Made by a program: the position numbers and the translations under genes. A DNA stretch of 64,000 bases from contig CAVNZM010000016.1 in assembly GCA_963693365.1 (NCBI GenBank), positions 3,499,957 to 3,563,956 on the forward strand, given 5' to 3'. Positions 1 through 27,496 of the stretch are shown piece after piece. Within the stretch, counting starts at the first letter, position 1; each line of letters starts with the position of its first letter. The notes beneath the pieces are model-generated. The model saw only the letters and a program-made list of their open reading frames with translations. It did not search any database and was not told the DNA's origin. Source of the DNA: Amoebidium appalachense. Lineage: Eukaryota > Protista > Ichthyosporea.

Positions 1-129
1 CCCCCCCCCCCCCCCTTCCCCGCGCGAACCCCTTCTTGATTTCTCCATCTCTGCCTCCCTTCTTCTTCTCTTACCTACAATCCTCCTCCGGCCCCATCCT
101 CTTTGTGCTCCCCCCCCCCCCCCTCCCGC

Positions 130-3371
<3,242 letters not shown>

Positions 3372-3405
3372 GTGGTTGAGTCCTCCGTCTATCCAAAGCA
3401 CCGCC

Positions 3406-4097
3406 AATTCATCACCAAGAAATTCAAGTATAGAACCCCCCAGTCCCCAATATGTCACTAAGAAATTGAAGTATAGAACCCTTCCATCCCCAGTTTATTA
3501 CATAAATACAAGGAAATTCCAAGTATAGAGCCCCCCCCCCCCCCCCCCCCCCTTCCCACAGTTCATAACAATGAAACATAAGTATAGAACCCTCACCCCC
3601 AACAAGGGCAAAAAATTAAATTCAAGGGTAGAATCCCCCTCTCAGTCTATCACAATAAAAATTTAATGTACAAATATGGAATCGATCCCCCTTTCAGTTT
3701 ATCACAATGAAAATTCAAGTACAGACCTAGAACCCCCCCTCAATCAGGACATCACAACGAGATTGAAGTATAAACCCCCCCCCTCCCCCCCTCCCCGTCC
3801 CTAGTTATGATAAATAAATTCAAGTATAGAGCCCCCCCACCCCCAATGCATCACAAAGAAACTCAGGTATTTCGATTCATCTTGACAAAGAAATTGAAGT
3901 GTAGAGCCCCCTTCCCCCCAGTTTATCACAAAGGAATTCAAGTTTAGAACCACCCCCGCTCTGTTCTCCACTTCATCATTTTATCACAACAAATCAAATA
4001 TACCCCCCCCCCCCCCTCCCCCGGCTCGGCCTGGCCCCTCCCCGCGCTCTGAGGCTCCCAGTCTTTCACAGCTTAGACATCCAAGTATAAACCCCCC
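3406..4097. repeat. Degenerate intronic minisatellite, about 13-14 units of ~50 bp
   Basis: Recurrent core close to CAGTTTATCACAAnGAAATTCAAGTATAGAACCCCC, separated by variable C-rich linkers. Confidence 0.8.
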
Positions 4098-4262
4098 TCA
4101 CCAACTATCCGCCCCTCTCCCACTCTCCCTTCCTTCTCTCCCCACCCCCCTCCCCTTTTCTTTTCCGGGCCTTTACCCCCCCCCCTGCCCCTCCTGTCCC
4201 CCCACAAACACACCCTCATCTTTCATACATCCTTCCCTTCCCTGCTCTTACATGTCTTCCTC

Positions 4263-4312
<50 letters not shown>

Positions 4313-4390
4313 AAAAAAAAAAAATCTCAAGCAAGGAACGTCCTCCTGTCCCATCTTCGTTCCTGCCCCCCCCCCCCCCCTCCCCCCCCC

Positions 4391-4432
<42 letters not shown>

Positions 4433-4625
4433 GGCCGCTGCCCATTCCTTCAAGGCGCCCTCTTCAGACTTTACCTTATAACCTATTCCTCCCCCCCCCC
4501 CCCCCCCATCCCCCCTTCTCTTCCCCCCCCCCCTCCCCTTTCCCTCGCCTCCTCTCCCCCCACCTCCCCTCCCCCCTCCCTCCCCTGCCCTCTCTTTTTC
4601 TCCCCCCTCCCCCCCCCCCCATTAG

Positions 4626-16464
<11,839 letters not shown>

Positions 16465-16853
16465 GAGGTTCCCGTGAACGGCGCAAATTCACTGTAGTAG
16501 ATGGTTATGATATACGGCACATATGATATACTTACATACATAGCATATATATGAGTTACCAATCTAGTCGAAGTCACACATATGATACTGGATACTGATA
16601 TGTGATAACATATACAGGGTACATATATGCATACATACTGGCAGACACACACGTTTCATGATTCAATGACTCATTACCGATCTGATTGATATTACACATA
16701 TGATGCTTATGTTTTGGGGTTATATTTGAATGGCTTTTTTTTTCTTACCCGGTTGGGAGTAGGAGCCTCTCGGCCCGGAAATTTTCTTTGGGCAGGCCCT
16801 GAGAGGGGGGGGAAGGGATTGGTGGTGGTGGTGGTGGTGGTGGTGGTGGTGGT

Positions 16854-16888
<35 letters not shown>

Positions 16889-17216
16889 GGGGAGGGGGAG
16901 AGAGGGCAAAGGGGCTTGTTGAGAATTTTAAAAATGAAATTAGTAACTTGTCAAAAAGGTTGTGGCCGTGATTCAGAGATCACCATATCAGTTCTGTTTC
17001 GTTTTCGTGTTTTTTGCATCCATTATTTACAACTGCAGAAGATTCTGATTGTTTTTGGTGGTTGGGGGGGGGGGGGGGGGGGGGGTGTAGGGGTTCACGG
17101 TATCTCGATCATTGAACGCGCGCGGGGCCGGGGGGGGGGGGGGGGGGGGAGGGGGGGGGGGAGAGGGAGGGGGGAGGGGGGTTCCACAGTATATTTCACG
17201 TACATACATTTTGTTA

Positions 17217-18141
17217 CCGTGCCCTGTTGCCAGTAAAGCAAGTCGATGTCTTGAAAATTTGAAAATTCATCTCTGAAGCAGATATGTGGGGGTTTTTCTA
17301 ATGAGACTTCATCTCAGTACCACAGTCTGTAAAATTCCATGTGCATGCCGACGATACGTTTTCAATAAATTCGAGTCATTAAATTTGGTAGTCCGGGCTG
17401 AGTCTTTGTGTTCGTGTGTGTGTTGGAATGGCTGGCGGGGGAGAGAGGGGAGGGGGGGAGGGGGGGAGGGGGAAGGGAGGGAGGGGAGGGGAGGGAGGTG
17501 GGGAGGGGGTAGAGGCAGAGGGGGAGAGGAGCTGGGGGAGAGGGGGGGGGGGGGGGGGGGGGGGGCTGGGGAACAAAAACTGAGAAGAAAAAGCCAAACT
17601 TCTGGGATCTTGCCACCGTGATTGATAATCTCAGGCACATGTTTGCAGTTAAAACCGAATCAAATAACCGCCAGACTGCTTCGTGCCTGCCGCTGGAAAA
17701 ACAGAAGGGAGGGGACGGAGGAGGCAAGGCGGAAAAGGATTGTGGTGGGGAGAAGGGGGGAGGGGGGGAGAAGTTAATGGGAAGGGGGGAGGGGGGAGGA
17801 GGGGGGATGGGGGGAAGTGGGAAAAGAGAGACTCTACGAGGGGTAGGGAAGCCCCGGGGGAGGGGGGGAGAGGGGGGAGGGGGGGAGGGGGGAGGGGGGG
17901 GAGGCGGGGGATGTCGGCACAGAGGATGAATCTGCAAGGGGGTTTTTTTTATTTTTTTAGTTTATTTTTTTATTGTTTTTTTTTCTTTTAAAAGACCGGT
18001 TTACTGACATCTTGTTCCCTATCGTCGTCTTCGGATTGAGTACGTGTGTGAGCGAGACACTTGAACCTTCCTGAATACCAGCCAAACTCCGTCGAGTTCG
18101 GTGGATTCTTCCGCTTTTCCGTCTTTTTTTTTTTTTTTTTT

Positions 18142-18172
<31 letters not shown>

Positions 18173-18300
18173 GGGGGGTAAATATGCCCTTTACGTTTTT
18201 GGCCTCAGAATTCACCGGATACGGTGAAGGACACGGCTCTCCCCCCAAAACGAATGGGATTTAAAACATCAAGACTCAACTTGTGACTCTGTTCTTCCCT
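17217..18300 (-). CDS. Tentative multi-exon - strand gene fragment, unknown product
   Basis: G-rich + strand (C-rich sense introns on the - strand) and four islands that can be joined in phase: EEQSHKLSLDVLNPIRFGGRAVSFTVS / AEESTELDGVWLVFRKVQVSRSHT / GRHEAVWRLFDSVLTANMCLRLSITVARSQK / DEFSNFQDIDLLYWQQGT. Start, stop and homology not established. Confidence 0.3.
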
Positions 18301-18415
18301 GATAAAGCAAGGGAATTTTTTTTTAACACTGAAACTTAAAACTCTGCTGAGTTATGCGAGCAGTGGGCGCCAGGGCCTGGTGGGAAAACGGTGTGGTGGG
18401 AGGGGGGGGAAGACT

Positions 18416-18460
<45 letters not shown>

Positions 18461-18783
18461 GGTGCCGAGGACAGGGATGGCGAGAAGAGAGACGTCAAAG
18501 GGGGGGATTTTGGGGGCTGGTCTAGATAAAGTTTGAGAAGAAGGATGGTTGGCTGTCAGGGGGAGGCTCTGGGAGAGAAGGGGGGAGGGGGGGGAGGGGG
18601 AGATAGGGGGAGGAGAAAGAGGGGAAGGGGGGGAGGGGGAGGGGGGCTTGGGGAGGACTGGATGGGGGGTGGGGGAGGAAGGGAGGGGGGGAGGAAGGGG
18701 GGAGGGGGAGGGGGAGGGGGGGGGGGGGGGGGGGGGGGGTTAGTAGGCAGTGTCATTGGCCCTTACTGGCAATTGTAACAACC

Positions 18784-18816
<33 letters not shown>

Positions 18817-19549
18817 TTCCCCTCCTTCCCCCCTCCTTTCCCCCCTCCCCCCTTCTCCCCTCTCCCCCTTTAAAAAAAGAAGTCCTTTTCCGGAAGGGCC
18901 GTTGAACCCCCCTTCTTTTTTACAAAGACGATCCTAGATCCTTTTTGCTTAATGGTAGATCGCAAATTGTCGTATCCATTCGACAATTCAGGCCCAAAAG
19001 TCGATTGTCTGGTACAATTTCGTGAGACTCCGGGTCTGGCCTCTTGTAGGCGCCACAACCAGGGTTTCTTGGTACCCCCCGCTAGAGGGCTATCCCAAAT
19101 AACTTTTTTCTCTTTGGTGGACAACCATATCGTTCAAGTTGCGGTCCCTATTGACAGATTGAGCCCCGAAGCAAGCGAGGGCGCTTTTTTTTTGGTCATT
19201 TTTTCACGTTCAAGTGGGAGACCAATCCGAGTCACCGAACACGGTTCGGGTCAGCGACCTGGGCATGGGGTTTTCCCTTTCAAGTCTTTATGTTTGTGTA
19301 TGTGTCCCGGGTCGCTCCCGGCTGGTGTTGTTAAAGTGAGCTGTGCTCACTTCCCCACTAGCGTTGCTGCGGCTAGAACCGTGAGATAAGGCGTAACTAA
19401 AAATAGCGCCAGTTGGGGTCAATTAGAATCCTGACTTATGAGTGTGCTATACAGTACGATCTGTGTCTAGGCGGAAGACGGTAAGCTCCCCTGAGGCAGT
19501 GCCTCGCCGGGAGTGAAACGGGATAAAAAAAAATTAAAAAATAAAACAC

Positions 19550-19603
<54 letters not shown>

Positions 19604-19976
19604 TTACACACACACACACGTGTGGTATGTATAGCTTTGCACACAACATTCCGTCTTCTCCCTCCCGCTGGGCCTCCCTCCCCCTCCCCCCCCCCCCCCC
19701 CCCCCCTTCGGAACCCCCCCTCCCCCCTTCCCCGACATCCCCCCCGATTCGGACCAGCCCTCTCCCTCCGCACCCCCCCCCCCCCCCCCCCCCGCCCCGC
19801 CCCTTCAACGTATGCAAGGTAGGGAAATCTGTGCACGTGTGCTGTGATCACGACAGAAAATCAATCATTACAAATCATGACATATCTCAGTAATTGCTTT
19901 GGATTATGTATCCCTTCCCTGCAATGCATCGTTGCGGCCCTTGCAATTGCAGGTTGCATGCAGCTCGAAGTTCCTG

Positions 19977-20011
<35 letters not shown>

Positions 20012-20220
20012 AGCACGCGTACGCATGCACGCGTGAATTGCAATGTTGATAACTGGTACTGAATTCGTCACGACAGTAGGAGGCGATCAGGCCTCAGTTT
20101 GTAGGGCGAGTGACATAAAAACATGAATAATATGCATGCACCGGGGGTGGGACGTGTGCCCTGACAGCCTGAGCAATCCCTGAGCATGATACTGTGATAC
20201 ATAGCCTACATACGTTTCCG

Positions 20221-20325
20221 TCTGCCAGCGCGCCGTGTGGTTGCCGCATTGCCAAAAATCGATATCGCACCTCTGCCAGCGCGCCGTGTGGTTGCAATTA
20301 TATTGCCAAAAATCGATATCGCACC
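20221..20325. repeat. Two-copy tandem repeat of ~52 bp
   Basis: TCTGCCAGCGCGCCGTGTGGTTGC...ATTGCCAAAAATCGATATCGCACC at 20221 and 20272. Confidence 0.9.
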
Positions 20326-20525
20326 AAGTTAAAAATCCCCATGTACATGTGCATCTATGTGTGCATAATATGCACTGCATGTACTCGGTGCAACGCGCGG
20401 GCATCTCGAGCTCTGTTGGTGACATTTTTTTCCTGGATGCCTTCATTCATGGTCATGAACATCGTTGAATGAAGCTGTGCACTGTTTACCCCGGGGGCCC
20501 GGTCGATCATCTACTTCCACGGTCA

Positions 20526-21120
20526 GTGGCACCCGCGACCGGTAATTTTATTGTAGTACATCATGAGCATGGATAAGCTGAGACAATAAGTCACGGACAT
20601 GCACAATGTATGTCCTATCAATACCTATCTGTTCACGGCTACGGATCGATGCTGGAATAGATGATGATCTGACATGTGTGTGTGTGTGCACGTGTGCGTG
20701 TACGTGCGTGTGCACAGTGTGCCACAGAGTGTGTTTGCACGTGTGTACAGTACCTCGTGTGTGTGCGTGTGTGTATGTGGGGGGGGGGGGGGGGGGGGGG
20801 GGGAGGGGGGACTCCACTGGGGAGAAGGCTCGAGGAATGCGGCAGGCATGCCTGGCGGCCAGGGCTCGAGGACCGGCGGTGGCACCCGCGACCGGTAATT
20901 TTAATGTAGTACTAGCATGGATAAGCTGATACAATAAGTCACGGACATGCACAATGTAGGCATATCAATACCTATCTATTCACGGCTACGGATCGATGCT
21001 GGAATACAGTGATGATCTGACATGTGTGTGCGCCTACATATGCGTGTGGGTGTACGTGCGTGTGCGTGTGCATGCGTGCGTGTGCACACAGTGTGTTTGC
21101 ACGTCTGTACAGTACCTTGT

Positions 21121-21165
<45 letters not shown>

Positions 21166-21230
21166 GGGGGGGGGGGGGGGACTCCACTTGGGAGAGTGGG
21201 AGATCTAGAGACTGAGGCTTGAGGAATGCG
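20526..21230. repeat. Tandem duplication with ~353-bp period
   Basis: GTGGCACCCGCGACCGGTAATTTTA...GCATGGATAAGCTGA...CACGGCTACGGATCGATGCTGGAATA...(GT)n, poly-G, ACTCCACT starts at both 20526 and 20879. Confidence 0.9.
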
Positions 21231-21950
21231 CGATTGCATTCCTGAATAGCTGACATGATGTGATAGCAGGCTAATTTCATACAATCAAGACAGATTACTT
21301 GATAGTTACACGAGATTGAGCGGCTTTAAAGACCATTTTGCTCTTTTGAAATTATTGTCATTTTGTCCACGAATATACAAGAGCTCACAAAAAATGATCT
21401 ATGTTCAAGTCAGCTTTCAATCCACCTCTCAGAACCTTGCTTTGGCATGGTTTGTTTATTGTGACTATTCTGATCCAATCATGTCACACGAATTTATCAT
21501 CCCAAAGCTTTGGTATGTACAGGTATGTAAAGCCTTTCCTACAATTGGCTTATATCACAGCCAGCAGGCGATTGGTGGCATTACATTTTCAGACCGTATA
21601 CAGTTTAGATCCAACTTTAAAATTTTAACGTCGATTCTTTCTCCAAACTTTGGAAACTGCGCTCCACCATTTAGATACAAATCACGCAGGCTTGCGCCGA
21701 TGTGCATTCCACAACTGTCCGACCAAAGACCTGGCCGCTTTTGCATGCTCCTGTGTGTTGGACACACAGGCACACGCCTGCGACACGGTCACGTTTTTAC
21801 ATCTTGCGAATGAACTCGTCTTAGTCCGTCGTGGAAAAAAAAAAAAAAAACCTCACAAACGCTAGCGAAAAACCACGCCTTTGAACATAGGAGTAGACAC
21901 GTAGATATTTTTTACGCGCTGGTGTAGGCGGGCGTTGTGTTATTAGTAGA

Positions 21951-24881
21951 ATGCTGGCTCAAGGCCTGTTTCTTACGGCCGCGCTGGCTGTCGCCCAGGC
22001 CGCGACTGTAACAGTAGCACCCGGAAATGGAACCCTTAGCGCTGCTCTAGGTGACGCAGCACCGGGGGATGTGCTTCAGCTGCAGGCAGGGACATATTTC
22101 GAGGAAGAAGAAATCATTGTTTCTCAGGCAGTGACTATTCAGGGCGCTGCTCTTGCAAGCGCTGCCGACCCCCCCACATCGATTATCAACGTGAAAACGG
22201 TTAGCTCCGAGTATGCCTTCCAGGGCCTCACATGGGATGGTGTTTCTTTCAAAGACCTTGCTATCGTTGACCGCCAGGCGGGGACTTCTTGCTCCCTCGC
22301 CGAACCTTACGCCCTGCGCGCGAATTTCTCCATTGAGCTTATCCCCGCGCCCGTTATTCGCGGGAACAAGGTTTGGTTGAACGCGGATATCGGTGCGTGG
22401 TACAACACGCGCAAAGTTGTGGACGTGAAGTTTGGTTCATGCAAATACTCCACGGACAGCTCGGAGACAGACACCTCTGCCATCCTTGCCGGGCGTAGTT
22501 TCACTCTCTCTGCCAAAAACTGCCATGCCGCGGTCGGGTTTTCCGTTCGTTTTGACAAACTGCTTAATTGCGGCGTCACCAAAACGAACAGCCCCACTAT
22601 GGTGGATTACAAGGCAGTTATTGAGGCTCAGTTCGTCGAACACGTGGACAAGGTCAGCGCCACGCAGAATCTGCGCGTCCCCGCAGACCGTAATGCCAAC
22701 GCTGTCACCAACCTGAGGTGGGTGCCTTTGTTGATTTACCATATTTAGAGTTTAAGTTTTCTATTTTTTTCTATTTTTTTTTTTTTGGCCCCCACTCTGC
22801 GGACGAGAAAACGAGAAAACGGGCTTCTTCTTCTTTTTTTTTTAAAAACACCTGCGCTGAAGGAAGAAGTGACGGGAACGGGAGAACGGCCAGGAACTTG
22901 GTGTGTTGCAAGGAGGGCACATTATGCAACAAATTCTTTCCATGTTTTGCGGAAAAGATGAACTCGCTTGCATATGTATCTTGTATATCTCTCCTTCACC
23001 TTCTCCACCAAATTTTTCATTCCAAAATTTTCAGCAATGTTTTCAAACGAGATTCTGCAACGCTTTATGCAATGAATTCAGTATTGGATTGGTGCGCTTG
23101 CGTGTAAAAATGTACACGGTTAGAATGGCAAATTATTCTACAAGTGCTGATTTTTTCTTTTTGCCCAACCAACAGAATCAATATTGACCGTGTGGGCAAT
23201 GTGACTGCCACCATCACCGTGCAGTATGCCGCGGCCGAGATTGAAGTGAGTGTCCGAGGAAGCCAACACCAACTAATATGTTTCTTAACCGATATGCGTA
23301 GAAGATATACACTTTTTTTTTCCCTTTTTTTTTTTCGCCTCTTGCTTTTTCCTCCCTTTTTCCCCCCTCGGTTCTGCCTTTTCTGTCGTCCATGATTTTT
23401 CCATATCTCTTTTCTAATGTGCAAGCTTTTTGGCCTGCATACTTACCTTTAGATCGAAAGTACGGACACGAAAGTTGTAATGCAACAACGTCGTTTTCCG
23501 TCCCGTTTTTTCTTTCTTTCTTTCTCTTTTTTTCTCCCTACCTCCATTCCTTTAATCGCTTGATTCAATTTTGTTTTGTTTTTCGCTGCATTTCTTTCTC
23601 CTCCTCGCCCTTACCCTTCCTATACCAACCCACCATTCCTAATCTTTCCTCTTTTCCCCCCTTCCTTTTTTTCAGGCAGTGATCACGGAGATCAACACCA
23701 CCAAGGGCACCAACGAGACCATGATCGTCATCAGCATGGCGATGCCCACCCCCTACGTCATCCCCACGGGCTCCGTCGGCGGCGTCGCCGTCAACGAGAG
23801 CGAGGTATACACCGTCACGTCCAACTGGACACTCCTCGACGCGCCGTGCAACAATCTCGGAAAGGATGAACTCTGCAACCAGACCGTGAAACTGAACATC
23901 ACGGCTTGCGATCTGTCCGGAATTTACGAACTCGTCGACGTGCCATTGGACTGTCAGCAGTCGACGAAGGGTCAGAACGCGTGCCCCGCCGGGATCGCGC
24001 CCATGACAATCCGTTTCTTCCTCGACTCGCTCAATTTCTGCGAGGAGACGCAGTTCAACCTTTCAGGTCTTTTCACCCCCGACATTCTTTTGCGTAGCGA
24101 CAACACGTACGCCGAGAACCGCGCCAGCGCCGTCTTCTACCTCGGTGAGATGTCCTTCTGGTCTATCCGCCTTTGGACAAATGAGACAAAACTGGGTATC
24201 TCCGCAGCAGAAATCACCGAAGCGTCCCGTACCTCCAACGGCGACTGTATCTCCTACCTCCCGTATCGCAACTATCTCAAGAACATCTCGGCACTCAACC
24301 AGACCTTCGTCCCCGCGCCTACCCGCACCCCTCCCGAGATCCAGTTCATGCTCCCCGTCAACACGACGATGGCGTGCGCCGACTCCTCTCTCACCGGAAA
24401 CAACATCACGCTAACGTTCACCGTTCGCGTCGACTATATCGACTCCACCCGCCGTCGTCGCCGTCGTTCGGACACCATCGAACGCCGCTTCCGCCGGAAC
24501 GAAGCCGAGGTTCAGGTCGACAAGAACATGGGCGTCGTCTACCCGGAGAACTTCGGCGGGGCCGGCAACGGCGCGGTCGTCGGCGCGTCCCCCGTCGACT
24601 CCAACACCGAACAGATCAAGTACATCATGTCTGCCGTGTTCTTTGTTCTTTCTTTCCTCGTCATGTGCTGCTGCTGCGGTACCGTCGGCGTCCTGTACGT
24701 CCGTCGTAAGAACCACGGTGAGGAGAAGAAAAAGTTGATCGACAGCCATTTTGGTGGCGCTCCCGCTAGTATGATGTCTCTTCATAGCAATTCTTCGGCG
24801 TTTGCAAACAGCCCCAGCATGGATGGGCTTGGGATGATGGCCGGATCTTCCATGAACCTCAACCGTTCCGCCAAGGCCTAA
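21951..24881 (+). CDS. 680-aa type I membrane glycoprotein: signal peptide, beta-helix N-cap-like segment, Cys-containing ZP-module-like ectodomain, polybasic furin-type site, TM helix, short tail
   Basis: Exons 21951-22717, 23176-23245 and 23676-24881 have canonical GT/AG borders and compatible phases. Signal MLAQGLFLTAALAVAQA; TLSAALGDAAPGDVLQLQAGTY resembles the start of right-handed beta-helix proteins; many NxS/T sites; TRRRRRRSDTIERRFRRN; TM YIMSAVFFVLSFLVMCCCCGTVGVLYV followed by RRK. Confidence 0.9.
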
Positions 24882-25946
24882 AAAGGAGATTGGGAGATTG
24901 AAATTTGTGGAAATTTGAGGATAGGTTTAGGTTTTTGTTCGTTTGTTTTGTTGTGTTCGAATATAATCGATAGCCCCTCCCACCCCCCACCCCACCCCAC
25001 CCCACCTTTTTTTTTCCAACTCTTCTTCACTTGACTTATGGTATGTTGGTAGCAAAAAGTACCACACAGCTGGAGAGTGAGTTAGCGTAACTGCCTAATA
25101 TAGTTAAATCACGTGCAAGGAGTAATAGTTATAATACGGTCATATAGTGAGAGTTTAGGATAAGTAATTCCTGGGCAGTGCCTAGGATGTGTGGCAGGGG
25201 GGAGAGTGAGTGCATCCCAACCCTTTACCCGTGTTGCTGGGAAACGGTGGAGCTAGAATCGCGCCAGCAATAAACAGGGAAAAAAGAAAAAAAGAAGGAG
25301 AAGAAAATGGATGATGTTGTGATCCGTGCGTGCAGCGCCGGTGTTTGCATGCGAAGGATATACTCAATACAGAATCTCTACGAGCAGAAGTCATGGTTGT
25401 TTTATGGTTTACGTAATCTTTTTTTTTTTTTTTTTTTTTTCCTTTCCCCGCATTCACCAATGATTCGTGCGCTGTCTGACTGTATCGGGCAAATGTGGAA
25501 ATTCGGGTGGGAAGGTTTTGGCGCAATATTTTGAAAACATTTTCCACTAGTGCTAACTAAAAATTAGGCCTATAATGGGAAGAAATCACGACTCTATCTT
25601 TTGGTTTTCCACAAATATAGAATTTCAAAAGAAGTAGGAATACTTATTCGTTTAAGCAACCTTGCCATGGTGGAAGGGAATAATGAGCGAGTCTTTCCTC
25701 TTTTCTCCAGTGAGTGAATGTGTGTGTAGTGTGCACCCATATTCATGTGCGCGGGCGTGTGTTTATTATAGTCACGGGTGTGTGTGTGTGTGTGTGTGTG
25801 CGCGCGCACGCGTGTGTGTGTGTCACGCCCCGTGTGTACACGTGTGCGTGCGTGGGGGCGCGTGGGTGAGCACGGTATGCGTAGGGAGGTGCATACATGT
25901 GTGTGTGTGCGTGTCTGAACCCAAGGGATGGTGGTGGCCGGTGGTG

Positions 25947-26021
<75 letters not shown>

Positions 26022-27222
26022 GGGATTATTGTATCCCACGCGACTCGACAGTTCATGCACTCATGATCGCAGGCACACAAATAGATCCCATACCATGCCC
26101 CCCCTCCCCCTCCCCCTCCCCCCTCCCCCCCCCCCCCCCCCCTATCCCCCCCACCCGCCCCACCCCCCCAACCAACATTCCCTACCCTCCTTCCATGGCC
26201 ACCCCACGGGGGGCCGGGCAAGAAAACTCAACAACAAATGAAAAAATAAATAGTCGGTGGCGGAGGCGGATAGAGGCTTTAACAACCCCCCCCCCCCTAT
26301 TGGTGCGGAGGGGGGGTCGGACTTCCTTTTTGGGGTTAGTGTAACACCAAAAAAGTCTAAAATATCATGCGCCAAGTTAAAGAAAATAGCGTAACCGGCA
26401 CGGAATGCACGTGACCTTAGTGTTTCAGATTTTCTGCGCCTGTGCTGAAACACTAACACGTGCACAACCCTACACCACATTCGCTTCCCCACGTATGGTG
26501 CAGGCATCACCGGCTTACCATCCTTCAGTCATTATAAATAAGGCTTGGGATTAAGGAGTTTGGCTCGTTGTGAAAAAGATGGAGTATGTGGGATTCCTTC
26601 CACCCCCCCCCCCCCCCCCCCCCCCCCCCCCACCCCCCCGCCTTCCCTCCTCCTTTTCCCTTCCCTTTCCCCAAAAACCAACCAACCAACCAGCATCGCC
26701 TACGTGGAACCACCACGGCCACCACCTAACTTCCCACGTCTCTTTCTTTCCCTATCTCTTTTTTGCTCTTCCCCTTTCCCACGGCCTCCCCCTCCCCCCC
26801 CTTTTCTTTTCCCCCCTCTCTCTTTTTGTCCCCCCCCTCCCCCCCCCCCCCCCCCGTCTCTCTCTGCCTCTCATCCACACCCACCTGCACCTAGCTGCAA
26901 GATGCAACGTTCTCCGCCCCTCCCTCCCCTCCCCCCTCCCCCCTTCCACCTCGCTTCGGGCCTAAGCCTCCTCCCATTACTACCCCTTACTTGTGTTTGC
27001 ATGACCATACAAGAAACACTCAAAAGGCTTACATAGCATGGTATTACGGATACTGCTCATATAAAATATAAACCCCCGCCCCCCCTCTCCCGTACCGTTA
27101 CTTTAGACAGATATTATTCAGTTCGGTTCTCGCCCCCCCTCCCCCCTCTCCGGCCCAAAAAAAGCACAGAAAGAGTTAAAATAATTATACTACGATTAAC
27201 ACACACACGGCACCACACACAG

Positions 27223-27255
<33 letters not shown>

Positions 27256-27376
27256 TCCCCCCCTCCCCCCCCCTTTCTTCCCCAATCCCCCCCCCCCCCC
27301 CCCCCCCCCCCCCAATTGAACGTGTGCACGCGCCGGGTGACGCGCGCGCACGCACACACACACACACTTACATGCG

Positions 27377-27496
<120 letters not shown>

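Noticed and set aside
3406-4097. CRISPR array
   Set aside because: Repeats are degenerate, spacers are low-complexity C-runs of uneven length, no cas genes are present, and the context is a eukaryotic intron.
18870-19500. ORFs 18870-19124 (-) and 18952-19389 (+)
   Set aside because: No recognisable motifs or convincing start and splice context; may be a promoter or 5' region.
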